Assembly: GCA_020184695.1 (NCBI GenBank) | Contig: JAANOX010000084.1 | Span: forward strand, 1 to 64,000 | Direction of reading: 5' to 3' | DNA from: Histomonas meleagridis 2922-C6/04-290x | Lineage: Eukaryota; Protista; Parabasalia | DNA length: 64,000 nt | Part shown: positions 51,924 to 63,591 of the stretch, piece by piece | Numbering within the stretch: the first letter of the stretch is position 1 | Layout of the letters: the number at the start of each line of letters is the position of its first letter | Position numbers and translations under genes: made by a program | The notes under the pieces: model-generated | Databases searched by the model: none | What the model was told of the DNA's origin: nothing | Seen by the model: only the letters and a program-made list of their open reading frames with translations

Positions 51924-53000
51924 TTATTCATAATTTGACACGAGGTAATCAATGGCAAGATACAAGTCACCATTCGACTCTGTAAGTGCCTTAATATTTC
52001 TGTCTTTGTTTCTAAATCCCATACCCTCTAATTGCATTAGCTCATTTTTATATTTAGCCTCGGGAGAAAGTTCACCATATAATTCTTTGAGCAGTTCCAT
52101 TCCAGGCAATTCAATGATATTAAATCTGTTTTCAATACACTTTGAAATGCCGCTTACGACCAAATCAGCTGAGCTATCATTTGGGGGTGTTTCTTCGAGT
52201 TTTTTAGGTGGGAGTTGAGGTTGGAGAGGCCGTGGTAATCCAAATAGATCAAGACCTTTACCAAATAACATATTTGGATTTTGAAAATTATTATTGTTAC
52301 CCATCGAAATGCTGGGAAGTGGGTCTTCAGATGGTTTGTCTGGCTTTTCTTTGGTTAATTTTGTCGGTATTTTTGGTGATAAGCTAAGTTGATTTTGAAG
52401 CCCATCAAGAACAGGATCAAACTCATTGATTGTATGGTTAAGGGCTTGAAATCCACCTGGGAGAGATTCAACAAGATCCATCATCCTATCAAATGTGTGC
52501 GCATTTTCATTCCCAGCATCTGGATTTAATAATGAACCTAGTTGTTCTTTTAACATGTCTGGATCATTTAAGGCATGCTGAATCTGAGGGTTAGATTCAG
52601 CAATTTTTTGAAATTCTGGATTAGATTTCAAAATGTCCATGTATATCTGTGGATTATTTTGAAAATACTCAATCATAGATTTCATCATAGGAGAGTTTTT
52701 AAGTTCTCCGAAAATCCCCTGTGGGGATGCTTTTAAATCCGTTTTTTTGTGATTATCTTTTGTTGGTTTATCTTCTTTTTGTTTATATGTGACATAAAGT
52801 GTAGAATTTGTTTGAATGTTGTAAGATTGGAGAGTACGAACATCAACCAATATTGCTCCTTGATATATAAGTATGCAATCATCAGGTGACTTCTTCGTCA
52901 ACCGTGATATTTCCTCTTTCAAATTAAAAATAGTGCTTATAGATTGAATATCAACATCACCAACGATTCCTTGGGAATCTTTTATGAGGAGGTGGAGCAT
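51924..53000 (-). CDS. Ubiquilin/Dsk2-like UBL-STI1-UBA protein
   Basis: UBL (LIYQGAILVDVRTLQSYNI), STI1-like (SNPQIQHALNDPDML; VESLPGGFQAL) and UBA (ELMQLEGMGF....NIKALTESNGDL..AIDYL). Start set at ATG 53000. Confidence 0.88.
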   Translation of the reverse strand: MLHLLIKDSQGIVGDVDIQSISTIFNLKEEISRLTKKSPDDCILIYQGAILVDVRTLQSYNIQTNSTLYVTYKQKEDKPTKDNHKKTDLKASPQGIFGELKNSPMMKSMIEYFQNNPQIYMDILKSNPEFQKIAESNPQIQHALNDPDMLKEQLGSLLNPDAGNENAHTFDRMMDLVESLPGGFQALNHTINEFDPVLDGLQNQLSLSPKIPTKLTKEKPDKPSEDPLPSISMGNNNNFQNPNMLFGKGLDLFGLPRPLQPQLPPKKLEETPPNDSSADLVVSGISKCIENRFNIIELPGMELLKELYGELSPEAKYKNELMQLEGMGFRNKDRNIKALTESNGDLYLAIDYLVSNYE

Positions 53001-53289
53001 AAAAAGAATATTGACAAGCTTTGTCTGAACAACGAATTTTCGAAAACGCGTAAAATTAATTTGGATTTTGTGAGAGCTCATAGAATATTTTCAAATAGTT
53101 AATCCATTGAAATAAGATTCCGTTCCGATCGGAAAACTAGAGTTGATTTGAGTTTCATTTATTTACATTTTTTTCGCTCATGGGGATGCGTTGAGTGATC
53201 AAGACTGATTTATTAAATATAATCTGTATGATTTTTGGCAGACGTTGTAAAATTCTGTGTTCAATATAACCGTTTACATTGATTTTACA

Positions 53290-53430
53290 ACCCGTGTTGA
53301 TTCATTTCCAGTTGAATTTCAAATTTCTGAACAAGCAAAAGATTTAATATTGCAAATGATGAACATTAATCCAAAACAAAGGATAACAACATGTGAAGCT
53401 CTCTAGTATAAATGGATCAAAAATATGAAA
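53290..53430 (+). pseudogene. Protein kinase C-lobe remnant
   Basis: Translates ISEQAKDLILQMMNINPKQRITTCEAL*YKWIK. Confidence 0.6.
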
Positions 53431-53589
53431 CTTTTCCAATATTGCAATATAATTTTGGATTTGGTATGTCTTTTACTAAAAAAATCGATACTAAAAATCT
53501 AATAAAAGTATTAACGTTTCATTATGCACAATTTAAATATTAAAATTTTTAGGATTTGGATTTTTGTTGGTACTTTTTTTGAAGTAATT

Positions 53590-54200
53590 TGTTTACAATA
53601 AAATATATTAATGAGAAGTAATTTAACGATTTCTATATGACCTTTTTCTGATGCTAAAATTTGTGCTGCATCAAATAATTTAAATAATTTCCTAATATAT
53701 ATTTCCTAATTATTTTGAGAACAAGTTCAGAATTTCCTGAATCTATATCAAATGTTAATATTTTACTTGGAATTGAATTATTTTGAAGAAAATGTTTAAT
53801 AAGATATAGGTTACCAATTCTAGCTGCTTCATTGATTGTAGATTCTTTAATTTTCATTCCTTTTTCAAGTAAATATAAAAAAATTTCATAATTACCGCTT
53901 ATGATACATATGTTTCCCAAATCATTAATATCATTTTGTTAGATTTTTCTAAATAAAAACGAAAAACTACTTGAAGATTCGGATGATTCAGGCGTTTGTG
54001 GATATTGATTTCCAAATGTTTGTGAAATTCAATTGCTTTTTTATATACATCTTCAAAATGAATAAAAATGGAAAGCAATAGAGAACGATAGAATAAACAC
54101 AAACAGCAAATCAATAAAAATAAGACAAAATAACAAAAAAAAAATATGTCAAGCAGACAGTTTTTGCTCATTTTATTTTGATGATCCGTTTCATGTTGCC
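53590..54200 (-). pseudogene. DUF3447-ankyrin remnant (copy 6) with part of one spacer and one ankyrin block
   Basis: INEAARIGNLYLIKHFL, then a spacer tail (atatattaggaaattatttaaattatttgat) and AAQILASEKGHIEIVKLLL in a shifted frame. Confidence 0.65.
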
Positions 54201-54610
54201 ACCCAGAAGAAGATTTGATCAATGTTGGCTTTTTGAATACTTTTGATCGGTAAGTGAGCGTAAACATACACAAATATCTTGGAAAAAAATCGGAGTTCAA
54301 TAATAAAACATCGTTTTTTAATTTGATAATGTCCATTAATATTTAAAAAGATATCTTGGAATGAAAATATTAACCTAAAAAATATCATCTACATAACTGC
54401 AACACAATGATTAACTTAGTGCCTTCATTTAGTATTGACATAAAAAATTCATGTTTATTAATTAAATTCCAATAATTATAATTAAATCGCAAACCAAATT
54501 TCGTTCTTGACATCATCGGAACTTTGAAAGTTATAACTTTTTGAGTTCAATTTTTTGTCAGTTTTCGTTCTTACCAATTTTTTCTGGCACGTTTGGGAAA
54601 TAAATTGGAG

Positions 54611-57600
54611 ATGTCAAAGGATAATGATTTAACAGAAACAATTTGCGATACAATTACAATACTTTTAGAAGAATCAAAAAACGTAGATAATGATTCCAAA
54701 ATCGCATTGATATTCCAAACAAAACCATTTTTTTCAGAAATCTTATCAGAAATTAATATTGAAAGTGATCATTTTCCAAGTGTGCTAAAAGAAGTGCGCC
54801 TTTTATTTCAATCATTTGGAGAGTCTCTTCAAATTTTTTTTGAATCATCAGAAACGGCAAAACAATTTTCTTCATTCATTTCTGTTTTTATTTCATCTAA
54901 AATTTCATTATATTTTGGACAAGAAATATCAAATCTAATAATATCATATTTGCTTGATGACATTCCAAATAATCAATCTTTTTTTAATGATTCACTTTGT
55001 TTATTTTTTGAAGATTCAACTTTTCCACCATTTTTTGAAGCTTCTGGTGGACTCCTTTCTTTATGGGACATCTTACTTGATCTTAAAAAGTCTGATCTTA
55101 GTTTTTTTATTTTTGGCCATATAAGTCGGACAATAAATTGTTATTTCCAAGGTGATTCACCAGATAATGCGATTAGTTTTCTATCACATGTTTCAAACAC
55201 GATTCCAAATCTTCCAAAATCCAACGCGCCCATCGGCTTCCAATTTCTATATGATTTGATCAACGCCAATTCAAAATTGAATTTATTGAATACTTTCATT
55301 GAATTAAACGGCTTCGCCGCTATCAATGATTATTTAGTCAAAAACGATGATCCACAATTAATGATTGTATATCAAATGTTTCGAAGTCAATGTGTGATTA
55401 ACACTAATGATACTTCTATAATATTAGGTCAACTTATAAATTTAATTTTACATCCGAACATTTCTAATGAAATGAAATTAGCTTCGATAACCAATTTATA
55501 TATTACTATAAAACAAATCACTGAAAAAGAAACGCCAATTCAACCGCATGTTTTATATCAATTAGCAATTTGTTTAAATGATCAATCATCAGTAATATTT
55601 TTTGATTTATGTTATTTTCTTGTTACACATTTCGACATTGAAATTCGTTCAATTTTACCAGCGATTAATAAGATGCCATTAAATGAATTCATTAAAACAG
55701 TTGATATAAGTACATTATTTAAATTGTTTTATTTAGCAGGCGATTCATTTGAACCATTTTCATTATTATTTTATGAAAACATATGTAAAGATATTGAGCC
55801 AAAAGATTTTATTGAAATTGTTAATAAATATAAAGATTTCTTACATTTCCTTCCAATGGTTTTCCAAGAAATTGATTCGGAACGACTTAAAATATTTCAT
55901 TTACTTATAAAAAGTTGTTCTTTTATTAAAGACATTGAACAATTAGATATAATATTATCGGAAATCCTTAAAAAAGATCAAATGATACAAGATTTACTTG
56001 ATCAATTATATGAACTTCGATCAGATTCGAAATTATCAAGTTCGATATTAAGTGTTTTAACACGATTAGCGAATAATTCGAATCATTTACGGAAATCTTT
56101 GATAAGTTATGGTATCGTTAATACCATTAAAATATTAAATGATTATAATGAAATTGATCCACTTTTAATCTTTGATATATTCGCTGCGATTTCAGGGCAT
56201 CATTTTGATATAACATTTGATGCAACTGTTGGAAGTTATTTGAAATCTGTTGAATATTTCCATCAAAGCGAAGAAAATATACGTAAATTAGCATTTGGAT
56301 TAATGCAAAATGATAATGATTCTATTAGTTGTTTATGTTTTCCTTCATTATTACATAAATGTGGTGATTTTGTGATTAATACATATTATGATATGTGGAT
56401 ATGTGGTCAATATGGTATAGATAATTGGATGAAAGAAACTAATAAATCAATAAATGAATTCCCTTCCATATTACAAGTATCACAACGATTTTTGTTGCCA
56501 CATCATATTCCTTTAATCTTTGAACATTCGAAATTATTTTCTGATTCTTGTGATGATATTTTTGGATTAATTCCATTATTTGAATTTATTAAATCACAAG
56601 GAAATTCCGCAATTACAATAAATTTACCATTTAATATACCATTTGATTCATCGATTTCTTTTTGGTTCTTCTTTAAAGATTATCCTGCTTCATCACAAAT
56701 GATTTGTACGATTCATACGTTATCATTATTTACTTCATGTGATGAAATTTATGTGAATGATCGTATGATTGGTAATTATTCATTAAATAGATGGTATAAT
56801 ATAATAATTACTAATGATAATAAAGGCAAAACTACTTTTTATATAAATGGAACTCAAAAATATCAATTAATTGGTTCTTTAACTGATAATGTTATTTTTG
56901 GTTCTAAACAAAATAATGTTTCGAATTGGTATATCGGTGGAATAATTCGAATTTTTAATAATATAATTAAAGATGATAAAATTCAAGAGATTTTAAATAA
57001 TGGTGTAAATGATAATATTTCAAATGAAACTTTATCTATAACACCTTTAAAGTTTATTGAGTTATTCGATGGTTATAAAAACACTGATTGTTTAATGGAG
57101 AATTCAAGACCTGTAATCTCATTTCCTTTATATAAACATATTAGAACTGCTTATAATGGTAATTATGGGTTATTTAATAAAATTCTTCAAACAATAGAAA
57201 ACGATAAATTCGAAGATTCGTATAATTTCTTAAATGCTTTAATTAGTTTACAACTTAATAATTGTTCTAAATGGAATAATATCGAATTTGCTTTACATAT
57301 TTCAATTTTAATTAATATTAAGCCGAATTTAATTGATCAACAAATTTTAGATAATATATTAAAATGTTTTTGTATTAATGATACATTTGATTGGGATTCA
57401 TTTTATGTTTTATTATTTGATTATGGAATTTTTAATTCTGATTTTAAGTCGAATTTAATATCGAAATTATTTGGTTTAATAGTACAATATCCACCTAATA
57501 ATTATAAATCAAAAATTATAACTTTCATTTTAGATCTTTTAAGAATTTGTGAGTTCGATGTTAATGATTCCACTGCATTAATTGCATTATTACCACGTTT

Positions 57601-60600
57601 TAATCCTAAACTTGATTTAATAATTCAATCGATAATATCATTATCCGATTTTAAAGAAACATATCAAACAAATGACTTAAAATATATAACAAATGATGAA
57701 AATATTTTATTTTATCCTTTAATTGAAATGGTAACGAATAAAATAAATCATCAATTTAATAAATGTTATTTCTTTTATTTAATTCCACCTAAAATATCAT
57801 TAGATATATTATATTCATTAATTACTTCTGGTTATAAGTTATTAATAGATATTAAATTCATTATGCGATTTTGTATCCAAAATTGTTATATAGCTAAATC
57901 TTGGTCATGTGCATTATCATTATTATTTGGAACACCAATTGAAGTTGAATTATCTGATGATTTCCAACCAATTAATACTTTTAATATAACAATTTTACCC
58001 GAATTTTTAATAATGGTCAGTTTCTTATTTTCTTCATCGAATAATTTCCCTAAACATTCATTTTGGTCAATGTTTTGTATAAAAATATCAGAAATCCTTA
58101 AAACGATTTCCGAAAACATTCAAATAATTAATGATGAACTTAAATTTTCATTAATTAATTTGTTGTCATTTGGTTATTTCCCAAATACTTTATCAATATT
58201 TCCATTTGCTCCTAAAATTACAGAAGCGTCGGAAATTGTTGAATATTCGATTAAAGAATCACAACCATTTCCTATTGAAGAACCACATTCATCGACTTTT
58301 CCAATATTTCATTTGAATTTCTCGATGCAAAAATTAAACAATTTTGTAACATCTGATATACCTACTGAATATAAATTATTTATTAAATCGAAAGTTAAAG
58401 TTAATGATTATAATGATGAAGAATATTTGAAAAAAGTTTATTCAGCTAATAATGATATTAAATGGAAAGATTGGCCAACATTTATTAAATCGATAAATGA
58501 CATGTTAAGTAATGAACAAAATAATTTTAATGTCGAAACAATTATTAATTCGGAATATTTCCCGACTGTTATTAATTTCATTGTTAATATTTTATTAAAA
58601 TTCTTAAACGATAATAATTTTAAGGATTTATTAAATGAATTATTATTAACTAATTCTTCATTTAATCCAATGTATTCACAAATTATATTAAAAAATATTT
58701 TGATTTCTTTTTTAAGTGAATTAAATAAAAGAAATTTATACTCATTAAATATAATTAATTTCGTTTGTGATCGAATTAAAGAAGGTTGGTTAACGAATCA
58801 TATAATAACATTAATATCAATGATTTTTACTTTATGTAAAAACACTAAAAAGAATTTACCAAAATGTTTTATCGATTTATTAATATTTTTAATCGATATA
58901 ATACCTAAAAAAGATTTTCAAGTTTTTATGAGTTTCTTCGGATTATATTCACAACAAATATTTATAAAAAATAATATTGAAAAGCCAAAGTTTTGTATTT
59001 TAATAATTGGAAAATTACTAAAACATTTCGATGAAAGACCTAAAGCTATTAAAACCATTTTTAATACATTAATAAATGAAATGAAATCGAATGAAGAATT
59101 AACATCGATATGGAACAAGAAATTTGTTAATTATTCCGAATTTACAATAAATTATTTAATTGATTTTCTTAATGAAATTATTAATGATGCAAATAATGAA
59201 AATAATGAATTTAATAAAATATTTAATGATATAAATGAAAAACATTTGAACGAAGAAAAAACAAAAATTTTGACCTCGTTAAATAAATTAAAAACATTTC
59301 GAAATGTACAAAATTCAACATTTTATAGTTTAGCAAATCAATTATTAAATGATTTTCATAATGATATTATTTTATCTAAATCAATGGGTTCTATAATTCG
59401 TGACTTTGAACAAAAAAGAATTATGGTCCAATTAAATTATTTCATTCATATTAGAGAACAACATATCTCTAAAAGATATAACTTCGATGAGAAAAGATCT
59501 CATGTTTATACACAATCGATTTTAAGTGATCCAATTTTCCCAACTAAAAGAATTGATAAATCTCCTTTATTATATAAAATGCCTAGTTTCCCTTGTAAGA
59601 AGATTACTTCAGTAATGTTACCTACACCTAATATTAATGATTTATTAATTCTTTTACCTGATGTTTTAAAGAGTTTTATCTCAATTCCATTTGAACAATT
59701 TAAAGATTTAATTCAACACTTAAACGGTCAAGAGAAGTTAACGTTTTCTGTCGTTTTGCCAATGTCAGATTCCGTTAGGCTGTCACTTTTGCAGCTTTTA
59801 TTAAATCATGGAAAACCTTTTGAATCGATTTATAGTGTATCATTATTTTATGGTGTAGATCCATTACCAGGGTTATTATTTAGGACGTCAAGTCATTTCT
59901 TCTTCATTGAAGGAATGCAATTAACTGAAGAAGGGGTTAAAGTCTCAACGATTTCTACATCACGAATATTATATACATTTTATATTTGTTATATTATTTC
60001 AGGATATTTTGGGCCAAGTTCATTATTTGAATCGCATCCAATCATTGGATGGCCGATTAATGGATTAATTAATTATATTTTACATTATTATTTACATAAG
60101 CCATCCGCAATTGAACTTAATTTTGTTTACGGATGGAATTTCATATTAATACCAAAATTCGAAGAACGAAAATCATTTTTAAACTTATTTAAGAAAGATG
60201 TTGATGAATCATTATCACATTTACCTAAACCTAATTTTAATACATTTTCACCGTTATCTTCGACGTATTTATTACGCCGTAAAGATTTAACAAAACTTTG
60301 GACTGATGGAGTCATTGATAACTTTTCATATTTATGTATTCTTAATCGATTATCATTACGATCATTATGTGATTACACGCAATATTATGTTTTCCCATGG
60401 ATTATTGGCGATTATAATACGCAAGATTTAGAAGATGCTCCAATTGAATCATATCGAAACTTGAGTTTACCAATGGGACAAATTGGAGAAACACGTGCGC
60501 CACGATTTGATACAATATTTGAAGATTCAGGTAAACAATATTTCTATGGAACACATTACATGCATTTAGGGGTTGTGTTATATTTTATGTTTCGTATTGA

Positions 60601-62254
60601 TCCGTTTTGTTTGTTCTCCATCCATTTACATCGTGGTTGGGATCATCAAAATCGACTCTTTTATGACGTCACTGAGTCATGGCTATCTGCAGCTTATATG
60701 TCTCCAGCAGATGTAAAAGAACTTATTCCACAATTCTTTTGTTTACCTGATTTCCTTACTAATATAAGTCAATTACCTTTAACAACTACAACTGAAGGTA
60801 ATGATGTTAGAGATGTACGAATCGGTAAATGGAGTAATAATCCACGCGACTTCATACATAAAATGATACACTTCTTACAAAGCGATAAAGTATCAATGCA
60901 TTTATCCAATTGGATCGATTTAATATTCGGTTATAAATCACGTGGTGAAGCAGCAATCGAAGCGAAAAACTTATTCCATCCATTATGTTATGTGAATGAA
61001 GAAGATGATAGCGCGATTGAGAGTGAGGATGAAATCGAAAGAGATGCCGCGATCACGTGTATTGTTAATTTTGGGCAATGTTGTATGCAAATATTTAAGC
61101 AGCCGCATCCAAAACCAACAAAAATATTTACGAAATTACATTTGATGTCAAATCCGAACGATATAATTTATCAGAAATTAAATAGTAACGTGTTTAATTT
61201 CCCAATTATCGATTTACAAATATTACAAAACGAAATTATGTTTTGTGGTCAAAATTCCATTTTAATTCCGCCGTTTTATAATCAAATTATTAATATCGAT
61301 AATGATAAATTAGTAATTAATAATAATAAAAATAAAATATTGATTAAGGATGACTTCATATTAAGCAATTCTTGCTTATGCTGCTCTAAAGATGGAGTGT
61401 TCTTATGTTTAGGTCAAAAAGAAGGTGGAATTAATTTGTATACATTAAAATATATCGGAGGTGAAGTGACAGAAGCGGTTTTTATCGGATTTTATAACAC
61501 AAACGGTTCCGTCTCAAATTGTGCGGTTTCTTCACCTCACTTTTTGGCATTTGCAATTTCAAATAATGTAATAAATAGAATAGATATAGGTACAATGAGA
61601 TTAATTGAACCTATTACAACTGATTTTAAGATCAATTGTATATGTATTGATGATCACGCAGGGATAATAATAATTGGCGGATATTCAATTATTTCAATTT
61701 GGAGTGTTTCTGCAATGAAAATAATGGAACAAAACATTAAATCATCCGTTTTAACTATATCAGTAGCGAATTTACCAGAATCAGTAACTAATCGATTCTT
61801 CATTACAGGACATGCTAATGGCACAGTAATGTTTTGGACCATCGACTATTCGAATAACAAGTTGATTTTACTTAAGGAAATCAAAATTTCGAATTATCCG
61901 ATAATCAAAATATCAATTGATGAAACGTCATCACGTGCTATAGTTATCTCAGACAAAACTGTTTACTGTATTGATTTCATTGGTAGTAATGTTCCTGACC
62001 TAAAGAAGAAATATGCGTTCGAATGTAGTAATTGTAAAACACAAATTTCGATCGAAAACACAAATTTGACGCTGATGAATCAGAACATTAAAATATGCGA
62101 AAACTGTCATCGATTCTTTTGCCAGAAATGTTTGCCAAGAGATAAAATGATAAACATAAGTATCGAATTTAAAGGACCGGCTGTGCAACAAAAGAAAAAT
62201 TGTTTATGTCAACAATGTATTGAACTATTAGAGAACGACGAACTTAAAAAATAA
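54611..62254 (+). CDS. BEACH-domain protein (PH-BEACH-WD40 plus C-terminal FYVE-like Cys finger)
   Basis: W..G.IDNFSYLCILNRLSLRSLCDYTQYYVFPWII, YGTHY, DHQNRLF, DVKELIPQFF, WIDLIFGYK, FGQC..QIFKQPHP and a terminal CxxC cluster. Start set at ATG 54611. Confidence 0.93.
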   Translation: MSKDNDLTETICDTITILLEESKNVDNDSKIALIFQTKPFFSEILSEINIESDHFPSVLKEVRLLFQSFGESLQIFFESSETAKQFSSFISVFISSKISLYFGQEISNLIISYLLDDIPNNQSFFNDSLCLFFEDSTFPPFFEASGGLLSLWDILLDLKKSDLSFFIFGHISRTINCYFQGDSPDNAISFLSHVSNTIPNLPKSNAPIGFQFLYDLINANSKLNLLNTFIELNGFAAINDYLVKNDDPQLMIVYQMFRSQCVINTNDTSIILGQLINLILHPNISNEMKLASITNLYITIKQITEKETPIQPHVLYQLAICLNDQSSVIFFDLCYFLVTHFDIEIRSILPAINKMPLNEFIKTVDISTLFKLFYLAGDSFEPFSLLFYENICKDIEPKDFIEIVNKYKDFLHFLPMVFQEIDSERLKIFHLLIKSCSFIKDIEQLDIILSEILKKDQMIQDLLDQLYELRSDSKLSSSILSVLTRLANNSNHLRKSLISYGIVNTIKILNDYNEIDPLLIFDIFAAISGHHFDITFDATVGSYLKSVEYFHQSEENIRKLAFGLMQNDNDSISCLCFPSLLHKCGDFVINTYYDMWICGQYGIDNWMKETNKSINEFPSILQVSQRFLLPHHIPLIFEHSKLFSDSCDDIFGLIPLFEFIKSQGNSAITINLPFNIPFDSSISFWFFFKDYPASSQMICTIHTLSLFTSCDEIYVNDRMIGNYSLNRWYNIIITNDNKGKTTFYINGTQKYQLIGSLTDNVIFGSKQNNVSNWYIGGIIRIFNNIIKDDKIQEILNNGVNDNISNETLSITPLKFIELFDGYKNTDCLMENSRPVISFPLYKHIRTAYNGNYGLFNKILQTIENDKFEDSYNFLNALISLQLNNCSKWNNIEFALHISILINIKPNLIDQQILDNILKCFCINDTFDWDSFYVLLFDYGIFNSDFKSNLISKLFGLIVQYPPNNYKSKIITFILDLLRICEFDVNDSTALIALLPRFNPKLDLIIQSIISLSDFKETYQTNDLKYITNDENILFYPLIEMVTNKINHQFNKCYFFYLIPPKISLDILYSLITSGYKLLIDIKFIMRFCIQNCYIAKSWSCALSLLFGTPIEVELSDDFQPINTFNITILPEFLIMVSFLFSSSNNFPKHSFWSMFCIKISEILKTISENIQIINDELKFSLINLLSFGYFPNTLSIFPFAPKITEASEIVEYSIKESQPFPIEEPHSSTFPIFHLNFSMQKLNNFVTSDIPTEYKLFIKSKVKVNDYNDEEYLKKVYSANNDIKWKDWPTFIKSINDMLSNEQNNFNVETIINSEYFPTVINFIVNILLKFLNDNNFKDLLNELLLTNSSFNPMYSQIILKNILISFLSELNKRNLYSLNIINFVCDRIKEGWLTNHIITLISMIFTLCKNTKKNLPKCFIDLLIFLIDIIPKKDFQVFMSFFGLYSQQIFIKNNIEKPKFCILIIGKLLKHFDERPKAIKTIFNTLINEMKSNEELTSIWNKKFVNYSEFTINYLIDFLNEIINDANNENNEFNKIFNDINEKHLNEEKTKILTSLNKLKTFRNVQNSTFYSLANQLLNDFHNDIILSKSMGSIIRDFEQKRIMVQLNYFIHIREQHISKRYNFDEKRSHVYTQSILSDPIFPTKRIDKSPLLYKMPSFPCKKITSVMLPTPNINDLLILLPDVLKSFISIPFEQFKDLIQHLNGQEKLTFSVVLPMSDSVRLSLLQLLLNHGKPFESIYSVSLFYGVDPLPGLLFRTSSHFFFIEGMQLTEEGVKVSTISTSRILYTFYICYIISGYFGPSSLFESHPIIGWPINGLINYILHYYLHKPSAIELNFVYGWNFILIPKFEERKSFLNLFKKDVDESLSHLPKPNFNTFSPLSSTYLLRRKDLTKLWTDGVIDNFSYLCILNRLSLRSLCDYTQYYVFPWIIGDYNTQDLEDAPIESYRNLSLPMGQIGETRAPRFDTIFEDSGKQYFYGTHYMHLGVVLYFMFRIDPFCLFSIHLHRGWDHQNRLFYDVTESWLSAAYMSPADVKELIPQFFCLPDFLTNISQLPLTTTTEGNDVRDVRIGKWSNNPRDFIHKMIHFLQSDKVSMHLSNWIDLIFGYKSRGEAAIEAKNLFHPLCYVNEEDDSAIESEDEIERDAAITCIVNFGQCCMQIFKQPHPKPTKIFTKLHLMSNPNDIIYQKLNSNVFNFPIIDLQILQNEIMFCGQNSILIPPFYNQIINIDNDKLVINNNKNKILIKDDFILSNSCLCCSKDGVFLCLGQKEGGINLYTLKYIGGEVTEAVFIGFYNTNGSVSNCAVSSPHFLAFAISNNVINRIDIGTMRLIEPITTDFKINCICIDDHAGIIIIGGYSIISIWSVSAMKIMEQNIKSSVLTISVANLPESVTNRFFITGHANGTVMFWTIDYSNNKLILLKEIKISNYPIIKISIDETSSRAIVISDKTVYCIDFIGSNVPDLKKKYAFECSNCKTQISIENTNLTLMNQNIKICENCHRFFCQKCLPRDKMINISIEFKGPAVQQKKNCLCQQCIELLENDELKK

Positions 62255-62569
62255 AAAATATTTTTATTTAAAAAAATGATGGAACAACAAATATCGTTTG
62301 CGTTTCGACGTTTTTAAGTGTTTCGTGTTGGAAATTAACAAAAAGTTGTTGTTTTAATGTGCTAATTTGTTCTTGTAGAATAGATATTGTTTGCTCATTT
62401 GCATTTATTTTCGTTTTATTCGACATTGTGAGAAACATACGATGATATTAAATAGTTTTTCATTATATATATATATATAATGAAGGCACAACAATATTTC
62501 CAATAGTAGACAGTTTTTCGCTGCTTCAATAATAATTATTATTCAAGTTTCTTTACATCAATTTCGAAT

Positions 62570-63100
62570 GTGCCTGATCTTATCGTTTTGAATGGTGATC
62601 AAGTTGCAGTTAAACTTCCAGGGGGACATTTTGAAAGATCTGTCAATAAATTTCTTGAAGTAATTGATTCCAGTAACGTGCCATATGCACTAACATTTGG
62701 CAATCATGATCCTGAAATTTCATATCCTATATCGCAGCAGCTTTCTTACTATCAGAAGTATCCTCGATGTCTTGCAATTTCTGGCCCAGAAGAAATCACA
62801 GGTATTGGAAATTATAATTTACTTATTAAAGATTCTAAACAAGAACATAACATATTCAACCTTTGGTTTGTTGACTCAGGACCTGATAGTTCAAGTTTCT
62901 TTACAGCTCCTGACCAAGTTTCGTGGTACACATCAAAATCGAGGGAACTTAACTCCCAAAATAATGGCCGCCCACTTCCATCTATGGTTTCAACATCGTC
63001 CTATTCCAGAGGTATATCAAACCATGCTTATTAATAGCGATTTTCCTCATACGACCACATCAATAAGCAAAGGAAATTATTTTGGAAGCTTTTTATCATT
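62570..63100 (+). pseudogene. Calcineurin-like metallophosphoesterase fragment (DCR2/PAP-like), truncated and frameshifted
   Basis: PDLIVLNGD, FGNHD and LWFVDSG are present. The H-x-P motif (FQHRPIPEVY) is in a second frame after about 62990. No convincing start. Confidence 0.6.
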
Positions 63101-63519
63101 AAATCTAGAGTTAAAGTATGATCCAACCGGACTTTTCGATTGTACTTCGTTGAAACCATCGTTGGAAATAGTTGAAGATGCAGAGATTGGATTTTTAAAT
63201 AAGGTTGGGACTTATGGTGGATTTAATAGTGCATTAGCATTCTTAAGGAAATGTTTGTTCCCGAGTTGCTTGCAGAAAAAATTGGGAAATAAATTTATGG
63301 TGTTTTTGAAATAAAGTTTGGACCTAGAAATTAAAATGTTTGTAGTTTTTATTTTATGTAATGTTTTAAATAAAAATATTTAAAATGAATAAATTTTATT
63401 GAAATTATGTGAAGCAGAAGTATGTAAATTTGGAAAATTAATATATCATGAGAAATTTGCATTTATACAAAGATTTCAATATAAACATTGTATCATATAT
63501 AGAAAAAAGAAATTCCAAA

Positions 63520-63591
63520 GTCTCCGTAGTCTAATGGTTAGAATAGGAGTTTAACACGCTCTTGACGGCAGTTCGATCCTGCCCGGAGACA
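63520..63591 (+). tRNA. tRNA-Val (anticodon AAC)
   Basis: Acceptor GTCTCCG/CGGAGAC, D-loop GG, anticodon loop TTAACAC, T-arm GGCAG-TTCGATC-CTGCC, followed by a T-run. Confidence 0.92.

Noticed and set aside
1668-53000. Functional ubiquitin/NEDD8 gene cluster (cullin, RPN11, Ubc12, Dsk2)
   Set aside because: The genes are tens of kb apart among unrelated genes, and such genes are common enough to co-occur by chance.
6300-62191. Numerous short antisense or nested ORFs in the track (e.g. 6300-6512, 8650-8946, 19288-19650, 27424-27771, 50620-50901, 57886-58119)
   Set aside because: They overlap well-supported genes, mostly on the opposite strand, often start at non-ATG codons and show no motifs.
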